Source of the DNA: Escherichia phage phiWec186
Direction: 5' to 3' (one strand)
Length of the DNA: 64,000 nucleotides
Sequence record: LC739535.1
Shown here piece after piece: positions 56,491-64,000 of the stretch; position 1 is the first letter of the stretch, and each line of letters begins with the position of its first letter. The notes under the pieces are model-generated. The model searched no databases. It was not told where the DNA came from and saw only the letters and a list, made by a program, of their open reading frames with translations. Position numbers and translations under genes: made by a program.

Positions 56491-58444
56491 AGTTACCACC
56501 AGATTGTCCACTTAAAGTAGCTAAAGTTAAACGGTTGAAAACATTGTTACCACTGTTCTGAATACGAGCATCCAACATATTACCAAACTCCGAAGACGGG
56601 TTGATTGTTACGTTGATCAGATCACTCGGAATAGCAATCGTGTTTTCTACAATAGGTTGGTTACGAGCCAGATTAACGTTTGGCGTATAAGCTGTTTCAC
56701 GCAAATTCTCTAAAGGATTCCCGAAACCGAAAGCATGTGTTCGAGTTTCTTCTCCTCGGAACATTCTTCCAACGTCTTGAGTATCAATTCCAGTCCACTT
56801 ATAAAGGAAGTCGGCTACTGGGTTGGTATCTCCTGATTGTGTTGCGGCGTACAATTTGTCCGGTATAGTTTTATTAGGATCAGAATCCGGTCCGAAGATA
56901 GATGGTAAGTTTGTCACTAACCATTTATTAATATCTTCCGTGATACCGATAATCTCTGTACCAAACTTAGCAACATTCAGTGTGGCATTTGCAAACTCCA
57001 CCCCAAGATTCTTGGCAAAATTGTCCAAAGATTTAACGTTATCTAACCAAGATTCGTCTTTAGGTATTGCACTCATAAATCCTTCCAGGAAATAGTTCTG
57101 CATCCCTTGACCAACCAAACCTATTGTTGCAGTTAAACGTGTGTACTGTTTAGAAGCTTCCATTTGCTCATTAGTCAATGCAGCACCAGTACGTTGAAGC
57201 ATACGGAGGGTTTCTTGGAAGCCTTCTCCGTTCTTGCTAAACATACGTTGGTAATGCATGAGGTCATCTCCAAGGTTCTCAAGAAGACGACCAATCTGTG
57301 CCGAGTTCATGCCGCGACGCTCACCTTCATTCACAGTTGCCTGGATGAAAGCTAACGGATCGTTCTGCATGTGCTTAATTTGCGAAGGGTTCCAGCCGAA
57401 CATGTTCATGATATCGTTGATACCGTTGTCCCCGCCACGCCATTTTCCTTTCTTCTCGTCCCATTCAGAAGCCATCATCGAGTTACCTAAACGTTCACGA
57501 ACGTCTTTAAGGTTATCGATTGACTTGATAATGTTTGCCGAGTCAACACCGTTCTGTTCACCCCAAGCAGTCATTGTCATAATGGCGTTGGCGTTTGCCT
57601 GAACGTTCTCTGCACCACGACCTACAAACTTGATACGATCATTAGCATTTTGCAAAGTGTTCCCTACAACAGAGCCACCTGCAAATAACCCTGCACCGAT
57701 CATAGAAGAAACCATCATACGAGGGTTAAGACCTAAAGCACCATCTCGCATTTGGGAATACTTACGTTCCTTATCTCGACGTTGTTGTGCCAATTCTCGT
57801 TTATGGTTACGTTCAATATCGCGCAACTCTTTATCACGCATACGTTGACGTTGCTTGGCTTCTGCTTCCAGTTCTCGACGAATCCTACGGCGACCACGAA
57901 CCTCATCCTCAATATCTTTCGTTTTTTCTCTGTGGGATTTACGAAGGTTATCAAGCTGATGGGCCAGAGTTTGGTTCATACGTTGAAGAGTGATATCTCC
58001 ACGTTTGTATGATTCTACAGAGGCATCCATGATTTGTTTTGCTTGGCGTTGTGCATCTATGGAAGCTTTGGTATATTGCATACCACGCTTCTCAAAATTC
58101 TCCATGCGGAGGTTGCCTAAATCGTTACGACGAGCTTGGAGTTCTGCTGCGCGTTCTTCTGGTGTTTTCTTACCTGGTTTCGTTGGACGACCAGGACCGG
58201 AGGTAGTTCCACCACCTTTTGGAGCAGAAGGGGGAGCAGGGCGAGCAGGGAAAGTCTGCGCTTTACGCATTTCTCTTTCGATCTCTTTCATCTGCTGCCT
58301 AAATTTACTCATGTTTAAGGTAGGTTGGATTTTTTCAGCGAACCTTTTAATACTTTCGACAGAATCTTTGGCCTCTTTGAGACTGTTCTTGTCCACCTTA
58401 AATGTGACTACGTTACTGATTTTTGAGGCATTAATATCTAACAA
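56489..58444 (-). CDS. tail tape measure protein
   Basis: 651 aa, long charged coiled-coil regions plus Gly-rich hydrophobic segment MIGAGLFAGGSVVG; sits between chaperones and baseplate genes. Confidence 0.6.
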   Translation of the reverse strand: MLDINASKISNVVTFKVDKNSLKEAKDSVESIKRFAEKIQPTLNMSKFRQQMKEIEREMRKAQTFPARPAPPSAPKGGGTTSGPGRPTKPGKKTPEERAAELQARRNDLGNLRMENFEKRGMQYTKASIDAQRQAKQIMDASVESYKRGDITLQRMNQTLAHQLDNLRKSHREKTKDIEDEVRGRRRIRRELEAEAKQRQRMRDKELRDIERNHKRELAQQRRDKERKYSQMRDGALGLNPRMMVSSMIGAGLFAGGSVVGNTLQNANDRIKFVGRGAENVQANANAIMTMTAWGEQNGVDSANIIKSIDNLKDVRERLGNSMMASEWDEKKGKWRGGDNGINDIMNMFGWNPSQIKHMQNDPLAFIQATVNEGERRGMNSAQIGRLLENLGDDLMHYQRMFSKNGEGFQETLRMLQRTGAALTNEQMEASKQYTRLTATIGLVGQGMQNYFLEGFMSAIPKDESWLDNVKSLDNFAKNLGVEFANATLNVAKFGTEIIGITEDINKWLVTNLPSIFGPDSDPNKTIPDKLYAATQSGDTNPVADFLYKWTGIDTQDVGRMFRGEETRTHAFGFGNPLENLRETAYTPNVNLARNQPIVENTIAIPSDLINVTINPSSEFGNMLDARIQNSGNNVFNRLTLATLSGQSGGN

Positions 58445-58458
58445 AGTATTTCCTCCTG

Positions 58459-58707
58459 TTAGTGTATCATTTTCTTAAACATGTCTTGCATTTGAGAAGC
58501 GTTCTCTTGTTGCTTTCTCTTTATTGAAGTGTCTTTGCTGTACAGAGCTTCGATATAATCCTCATAGGTGAGGTACTCGTACATTCCTAACAGATAATCC
58601 ACCCCGTATTGATCCAGGGTGGAGCGTGTTTCCGAGGTATTCTTCACAACCTTGCAGAGAATGATCTCATACCACTTCAACGTAAGAGTCTTCTCTGCGG
58701 TTTCCAT
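58459..58707 (-). CDS. tail assembly chaperone, frameshift-extension ORF
   Basis: No SD before its ATG; lies in the -1 frame relative to the upstream chaperone. Confidence 0.45.
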   Translation of the reverse strand: METAEKTLTLKWYEIILCKVVKNTSETRSTLDQYGVDYLLGMYEYLTYEDYIEALYSKDTSIKRKQQENASQMQDMFKKMIH

Positions 58708-58727
58708 CGCGTGACGAATGGCTGGAC

Positions 58728-59210
58728 TTAGTTCGTTGCCAGATCCTGAACCGCTTGGAACTGGGTCAACAGTTTTCCGAAACCTCGTTTGAAAAAAGGG
58801 CCATAGTTCACCTCAAGAACTTTTGCTGTCAAGTCGAGGACAAGTTCTGGGTGAGCAAAGAAGAGTTCATCGAAGTTATCAGATACATTATGTCCTGCTT
58901 CGGTATATACTTCGTCTAAGATCTTACGGAGGAACACGGTAAGGTTCTTCTCTTCAAGACCAGAGAACAATTGAATAAGTGCCATTGCAATACGAGATTC
59001 CAGATCTTCATCAGCCGACATAAGGGCGGTATTGTACATGGTCATAGGTACAGCTAAAACGCTACCGAGTTCTGGAATACGTTCGAAGACCTTTGAAGGA
59101 CTCCACTTCAGAATACGGAAGGTTACGAAACGGGTTTCATCCAAGTAAATTTTTACGATTTCTTCTGGACGTGCATATTGTTTGATAGTATCGTCTTGTT
59201 GTTCTGACAT
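58728..59210 (-). CDS. tail assembly chaperone
   Basis: 160 aa acidic protein between tube and tape measure; SD AGAGAGGA; slippery T_TTT_TTC near its 3' end. Confidence 0.55.
   Translation of the reverse strand: MSEQQDDTIKQYARPEEIVKIYLDETRFVTFRILKWSPSKVFERIPELGSVLAVPMTMYNTALMSADEDLESRIAMALIQLFSGLEEKNLTVFLRKILDEVYTEAGHNVSDNFDELFFAHPELVLDLTAKVLEVNYGPFFKRGFGKLLTQFQAVQDLATN
58791..58797 (-). promoter_or_regulatory. candidate -1 programmed ribosomal frameshift site (T_TTT_TTC)
   Basis: Minus-strand heptamer TTTTTTC in the zero frame of the chaperone gene; the -1 frame is open into ORF 58459..58707. Confidence 0.45.
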
Positions 59211-59230
59211 AGTTTCCTCTCTTTTTAGTT

Positions 59231-59256
59231 AAATAAAAAGGGCATTTCTGCCCTTT
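59231..59256 (-). terminator. rho-independent terminator (minus strand)
   Basis: agggca-tttc-tgccct hairpin with T-run on the minus strand after the tube gene. Confidence 0.55.
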
Positions 59257-59261
59257 CGTTA

Positions 59262-59741
59262 TTATTGAATGGTCAGTGCAGAGATAGAGTTAAGAACACT
59301 CATACCTACACCAACTTCATTACGTAACAGGCTTGCATCTTTCAGACCGATAACCCATTGGTTCTCTGTAATCATTTCGCCCATGGTGTCTTCAGGTTGA
59401 GACTGAATCCAACCAATGGTGCTAATGTAATAGCCACGAGGATCTTCCAGATAAACGCTGAATGCTACTTGACGAGTAGAATACATTGTTTGAGCATAAG
59501 TTGCAAGAACTTCGTTCGCTGGAGATGTACGTTGCAGAGAAATAGTCATGGTGCCGAGACGGTTGCGGCTAAGAGCCAGAGAAACATCGCCATCAGTACC
59601 AGCATATGGGTTAATAATATCGTTGGCTTTTGCGATTACAATTTTAGTGTCGGTTGCAAAACCCCACGGCTCCCATCCACCCAGGGACAGAACGATTTGG
59701 GAAGGATCATAGGCCATTACGCCAGTAAGCATTTTATCCAA
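59262..59741 (-). CDS. tail tube protein
   Basis: 159 aa directly after the sheath gene; TTG start with SD AGGAG. Confidence 0.55.
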   Translation of the reverse strand: MDKMLTGVMAYDPSQIVLSLGGWEPWGFATDTKIVIAKANDIINPYAGTDGDVSLALSRNRLGTMTISLQRTSPANEVLATYAQTMYSTRQVAFSVYLEDPRGYYISTIGWIQSQPEDTMGEMITENQWVIGLKDASLLRNEVGVGMSVLNSISALTIQ

Positions 59742-59787
59742 TTTGGATCTCCTTTAGGGATAAGGCGAGGTTGCCCCCGCCAAATTA

Positions 59788-61161
59788 TTAGTTTGCAGTA
59801 CGGTTGGTCAGGACGTGAACCTGAACCTTAACGTAATGGAAGAATCCTGCGTAAACGTATTCAATCTTCATGCCGTCAACCAGACGCTGATTAATCTGCG
59901 AATCAGTCATGTCAGCACGAGAAGGAAGGTAAACGATAGGCTTCAGGTCAACACGCAGTCCAGTTTCTTCTGAAACAACCACTTCGTTAGAAATAGAACC
60001 GTTCAGAATACCAACTTGGATCGGGTTAGCCAGAACCGCTTGTTTAATCAGAGCCAGACCATTGGAAGTAGCACGAACACCACCACCCAACATTGACTGC
60101 TGTTTGAACAGAGTGAACAGAGATTCTTCGGTACGAGCTTTGAACCACAGAGCGTGAACTACGTAGTCAGCAAAGAAACCGTTAACCATCAGACCATCGC
60201 GGTAGAACAGAGTTGCGTGTTCTTTACGGTAGATGTTACCATTCTGTTGAACAATGTTATTTTCCGCAGTCTGACCAAGCTTCTCGATTTCAACTCCAAC
60301 CAGAGTTTTACCGTGTAGAGTGGTAGTACCAGGCTGTGCAGAGCAGATAGAACCAACTACGGCAGCTTCTGGGAATACAGAGTCCGCGTCGCTCATCCAC
60401 AAGGCGAAACAGGTGTTGACGTAACCGAGGTCATTCAAACGCTCAAGAACGTTGTCTTCGGCTTTAGTAGTGATACCAACGTCTGAACTGGAGAAGAAGT
60501 ATACTTTATCATTCTCTTCTACCCAAGCAGCTACATCAAGAATATCTTCAACAGCGTGGGAGTCAGACAGAACCCAGAACCAGCTACTATCGATATCGTG
60601 CAGAGCGGCGATATCTTCGGTAATGCCGTTAGCGTAGACGGTTTCTTTAGCGAAGCCGTTTGCATCCAGAGAAGCGTATTTGCCTACAACTGGAGAAACA
60701 GTGATCACAGCACCATCGTTAGCAACGGTAAACAGACCACCATAAACTACGTCTGCATTGATCATTTCTGTCAGACCAACAACGATTTCTTGTGCTGTTG
60801 CAGTGTCGTCAGCAATGAATTTGAAATCTTTCTTGTTCTTGCCTTCTTTGATAGTGACAACATATGTTGCACTGTCTTCAACTGCTGGGGTCAGGGTAAA
60901 GTTTGTTACTTCACGCTTACCAACAATCACTTGACTTGGTGCGAATAATCCGTTAAACAGTTTAACTGCCATGATATAGGCTGGATCATTAACACCGTAA
61001 CCCGCTTCCAGAAGTGCGTCAGAAGAGGTGTAATATTCAATCGCGTTACCAGTGACAGTCTGACCAGTAAGGATCAGGGGAATGTCAAACTGGGTTTCAC
61101 GGATTGATGTAGCTCCGTACAGTAAAGTTACGGTTGCTACCTTTTCACGAAAAGTTGCCAT
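59788..61161 (-). CDS. tail sheath protein
   Basis: 457 aa, directly before the tube gene; SD AGGAG. Confidence 0.6.
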   Translation of the reverse strand: MATFREKVATVTLLYGATSIRETQFDIPLILTGQTVTGNAIEYYTSSDALLEAGYGVNDPAYIMAVKLFNGLFAPSQVIVGKREVTNFTLTPAVEDSATYVVTIKEGKNKKDFKFIADDTATAQEIVVGLTEMINADVVYGGLFTVANDGAVITVSPVVGKYASLDANGFAKETVYANGITEDIAALHDIDSSWFWVLSDSHAVEDILDVAAWVEENDKVYFFSSSDVGITTKAEDNVLERLNDLGYVNTCFALWMSDADSVFPEAAVVGSICSAQPGTTTLHGKTLVGVEIEKLGQTAENNIVQQNGNIYRKEHATLFYRDGLMVNGFFADYVVHALWFKARTEESLFTLFKQQSMLGGGVRATSNGLALIKQAVLANPIQVGILNGSISNEVVVSEETGLRVDLKPIVYLPSRADMTDSQINQRLVDGMKIEYVYAGFFHYVKVQVHVLTNRTAN

Positions 61162-61194
61162 TTATGCTCCTGTTAGAAACTTATTCCAATGAAT

Positions 61195-61893
61195 TTATTC
61201 GTTGGGGTTGTTAAATAATGATCCATCATCAGTTACTGGTGAGTATTCGCCATTAACCTCATGAACTACGTAAATTCTATCCAGAGTTAAATCCAGAGGT
61301 GTGGGATCATTGTAGCTATCTCTGAATGATCGAATATGCATGTTGACAGCCTCTATAGGGGTTGTCATAATATCCTCAATACTCATACGAGTGTTGAAGG
61401 TCATAATCATACGCGCTCTAACTTCAGTCTTATCTCCATCCAGAACTGTGTTTGCCTGTGTGATATTTGTTGCTGACAGGAAACCCATCCCTTTGGAATA
61501 GAGATGCTTGTATTTTAATTCCTCTGCACCACGTAGAGCAGCCAGAACATAGCTCAACAGAGTAGTAGGTCTTCCACGGAAAGCCATGAGTTCAATCTCA
61601 TAGGTATTGTCCATCTCGTAGGAAAACATGTCTTGCTCTATTTTGCCTCGGTAAGACCACCCACCAGAATCACTGGAGGTGATAATACGTAGTGCCAGGT
61701 ATGGATTGGTAGGTTGGACGAACGGTTTGTCCATCACGTAAATTGGCAATCCAGTTAATTCTTGAAGGAAACTACCTATATTAAGATAGATAGCGTTCTC
61801 ATACGCTTCGATTTGTTCGTAGATATTAGCCAAAGTTTCCTCCCTCTTGATCGTAATCCCATGTATTGTTTTGATCGTCCAATATGGCGACAC
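61195..61893 (-). CDS. virion protein (neck/tail completion, hypothetical)
   Basis: 232 aa; start uncertain (GTG at 61893, no clear SD). Confidence 0.4.
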   Translation of the reverse strand: MSPYWTIKTIHGITIKREETLANIYEQIEAYENAIYLNIGSFLQELTGLPIYVMDKPFVQPTNPYLALRIITSSDSGGWSYRGKIEQDMFSYEMDNTYEIELMAFRGRPTTLLSYVLAALRGAEELKYKHLYSKGMGFLSATNITQANTVLDGDKTEVRARMIMTFNTRMSIEDIMTTPIEAVNMHIRSFRDSYNDPTPLDLTLDRIYVVHEVNGEYSPVTDDGSLFNNPNE

Positions 61894-62275
61894 AATGATG
61901 ATGGGTTAGGAAAGTAGTTCGAGTCCAATCTTTAAGGGAGTACACAGAATACCACTGACCATCAATCAAGATTTGGTCGGATAGTTGAGAGGTTCCTTGT
62001 TGGATGCCTCGCATTTCTGTTTTAGTCCAGAAACTATATTGCGCCTTTGATCTGTACCCTTCAGGCAGTGCTTTTAGAGTTTTTCCAGAGATTGGTTGCA
62101 GACTTGCAGCCGCTATCTCAAACTCTTCATATTCTACGGTACTACCCATATTGGCGATAACAGAACCTACAGCTTCTTTGTAGACACGTCTACGCCCTTG
62201 ATATGAGGTAAGATCAAGGAGAGTGAATTGATCAAGTAACACCTGTATCTCCTTTTTAGTATACATCAAAAACAA
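61826..62275 (-). CDS. virion protein (hypothetical)
   Basis: 149 aa in the head-tail joining region. Confidence 0.4.
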   Translation of the reverse strand: MFLMYTKKEIQVLLDQFTLLDLTSYQGRRRVYKEAVGSVIANMGSTVEYEEFEIAAASLQPISGKTLKALPEGYRSKAQYSFWTKTEMRGIQQGTSQLSDQILIDGQWYSVYSLKDWTRTTFLTHHHCVAILDDQNNTWDYDQEGGNFG

Positions 62276-62287
62276 AATTTATGCAAG

Positions 62288-62776
62288 TTATTTTTTAGAC
62301 TTGCCTTTTGTGATCTTCGAGTCTATCTCGTTAATCATGTGCCCTGTGTCAATCAACGTGTGTGTAGAATAATTCCCTCTATCACGACGAATCTTAATTG
62401 TCACCGGAGAAAGTGCTCTATATCGTTGGGAAGCTATTGCTCTTGCTATTCCTTCACGAGAAGCTTTCGCTATCGGCTCAAAAACTCCGAGTCCTTTATT
62501 TCGCATCAAGTATTGAACAAAAACATTCGGTAATAGCTTGGCTATCTCTTTACTGGAAATCACAGCACCGTCAGTCATAAACGGACGGGCTGGAATATTA
62601 TTTGTTTCGTTACCATATTGCTGGATAGCAGCTATCGCCGGAATAGTGAGATCTGATTCAGGGTGTCTCTTGTTTTCAAGGAAACCAGCTTCAATTTCCA
62701 CATTCTCTAATACCATCATCTTTTTAATGATTGTATCCCAGTCTGTGTCTGTGCCTGGCAAGATCTCACTTTTCAT
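62288..62776 (-). CDS. head-tail joining / tail completion protein (HK97 gp10-like or virion morphogenesis family, putative)
   Basis: NNIPARPFMTDGA motif resembles phage virion morphogenesis proteins. Confidence 0.4.
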   Translation of the reverse strand: MKSEILPGTDTDWDTIIKKMMVLENVEIEAGFLENKRHPESDLTIPAIAAIQQYGNETNNIPARPFMTDGAVISSKEIAKLLPNVFVQYLMRNKGLGVFEPIAKASREGIARAIASQRYRALSPVTIKIRRDRGNYSTHTLIDTGHMINEIDSKITKGKSKK

Positions 62777-63324
62777 TATTTGTCCCTACGATAATATGAT
62801 ACAGGTCCGTAGTTTCGCAGATAGTTTACGTTACGTGTTTTACGATCTACACTGGCAACATTACCTAAACCATTCACAGAGTTAGGATCGCTGTTGACAC
62901 GATCGATTTCACGAGCATCTACACCACCAATCAGAACACGACTTGTTGCACCACGTCCAGCGGTACATCCTGGAATAACCATTAAGCCGTTCAGGTAGTT
63001 GTTGTAGATATCTTCCCAAGGAGATTTGTATTCTACTTGACCGTTACTAAACTTAACTTCTACTTCCACTTCGCCCATCTTTTCACGGCGGGACATTGCA
63101 CCACCACTTTGACTGTTGTTATTTAAAACATCAGTGTTCCACAGGTATTCAAGAACAGAAATTAAACTGTTCCACAGAACAGCACACTTATTAGAGTCGG
63201 CGTTACCAATAATATCGATCCACGTCTGGATAATCTGAATCAACACTGCGTCTGGCAAAGTTTCTTGAGACGGATTATAAACAAGGATTCGAACCATTGG
63301 TGCCAATTCAGTAGCAATCAGCAT
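62776..63324 (-). CDS. head-tail connector-region protein (hypothetical)
   Basis: 182 aa coupled ORF. Confidence 0.4.
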   Translation of the reverse strand: MLIATELAPMVRILVYNPSQETLPDAVLIQIIQTWIDIIGNADSNKCAVLWNSLISVLEYLWNTDVLNNNSQSGGAMSRREKMGEVEVEVKFSNGQVEYKSPWEDIYNNYLNGLMVIPGCTAGRGATSRVLIGGVDAREIDRVNSDPNSVNGLGNVASVDRKTRNVNYLRNYGPVSYYRRDK

Positions 63325-63333
63325 AACTTCTCC

Positions 63334-63678
63334 TTACTTTTTACGGAGTGATCGTTTCTTGGCTGGTGAATCTACTGCTTCAACTTTCAGAACTTCCTGC
63401 TCAACTTCAATCTCTTTGTAGTCTTCGAAGCTGACAAGGAAATACCCCATATGCTCTTCACTACTAAACGGATGAACCAACAGACCAGTTTCTTCACGCA
63501 GACGTTGTAAGAAATGAATAAAATTACCACCTAAAGCAACACGACCATCTTTCAGATAGAAAGACATTGGAGGTGCTTGGGTGAGAGTCTTCTCTGCATC
63601 CAGATTGCTCACGAGCTTAGAGAAGTCCTGAATCATTTCGTGGTAGCTGAAGTAACGTTTTAATTGTGGGTTTGACAT
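63334..63678 (-). CDS. hypothetical virion protein
   Basis: SD GAGGAG before the ATG. Confidence 0.45.
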   Translation of the reverse strand: MSNPQLKRYFSYHEMIQDFSKLVSNLDAEKTLTQAPPMSFYLKDGRVALGGNFIHFLQRLREETGLLVHPFSSEEHMGYFLVSFEDYKEIEVEQEVLKVEAVDSPAKKRSLRKK

Positions 63679-63711
63679 AATAATCTCCTCGGTATATAGT
63701 GTTCATATAAC

Positions 63712-63748
63712 AAAAAAGGCTCGCCCATCACGGACGAGCCTCTTTTAG
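63712..63748 (-). terminator. rho-independent terminator (minus strand)
   Basis: aggctcg...cgagcct hairpin with T-run on the minus strand, just after the partial upstream gene. Confidence 0.55.
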
Positions 63749-63760
63749 AACAGAGTTCTA

Positions 63761-64000
63761 TTAAGCAGTGGTCAGACGAACGATCAGTTCTGGGCGAACG
63801 TTAACTGCCAGAAGAGAGAATTCAGACTGAAGACTTACAGTACGGTGCTCACTGATCATGAACGTGTACAGTTCACGAGCAACAGTGTTAGCCAGTTCTG
63901 GAGTATCAGCAGGAGCGTAGTGCGCCTGGAACATATCCGCGATACCCATAGGCAGAACATATGCTTCACCAGCAGGGATGTTACCGTGAATATCTTCGAT
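63761..64000 (-). CDS. head/capsid-like protein, C-terminal fragment (5' end outside window)
   Basis: Frame is open to the window edge; strong terminator follows; position upstream of the neck genes. Confidence 0.35.
   Translation of the reverse strand: MEDIHGNIPAGEAYVLPMGIADMFQAHYAPADTPELANTVARELYTFMISEHRTVSLQSEFSLLAVNVRPELIVRLTTA

Noticed and set aside
1-64000. Prophage or lysogeny module (integrase, repressor, att site)
   Set aside because: No tyrosine or serine recombinase motifs and no repressor-like gene were seen. The content is entirely lytic-phage-like.

Overview
This window reads as a contiguous piece of a large virulent tailed phage genome (contractile-tail, myovirus-type) from an enterobacterial-type host. 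The host assignment is inferred from sigma70-like promoters, Shine-Dalgarno sites and tight, overlapping gene packing. No integrase, repressor, rRNA, tRNA or CRISPR array was found. All calls come from reading the sequence and ORF track by eye; no database search was run. Many ORF-track starts are TTG/GTG and were re-placed at the nearest SD-preceded ATG where obvious. Positions 1-36200 (+ strand) carry early/middle genes: many small ORFs, a UvrD-like helicase, anaerobic ribonucleotide reductase NrdD/NrdG, a signal-peptide SleB-like cell-wall hydrolase, four putative glycosyltransferases, a T7-type primase-helicase and family A DNA polymerase flanked by two AP2-domain endonuclease-like paralogs, a CCA-type nucleotidyltransferase head domain and an SSB-like protein ending in the E. 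coli SSB tip PPMDFDDDIPF. The most interesting content is a phage-borne Ter-like (tellurite-resistance-type) module at 13656-23162: HAD hydrolase, phosphoribosyltransferase, macro domain, TerC membrane protein, TelA-like protein, vWA protein and TerD protein. Positions 36247-64000 (- strand) carry the late structural module: three large tail fiber/spike proteins (one collagen-like, one beta-helix), a short fiber with its assembly chaperone, a P2/Mu-like baseplate, tape measure, tail chaperones with a candidate -1 frameshift site, tube, sheath, neck proteins and a partial capsid-like gene. That module is interrupted by a + strand T5orf172 gene with its own promoter and terminator.
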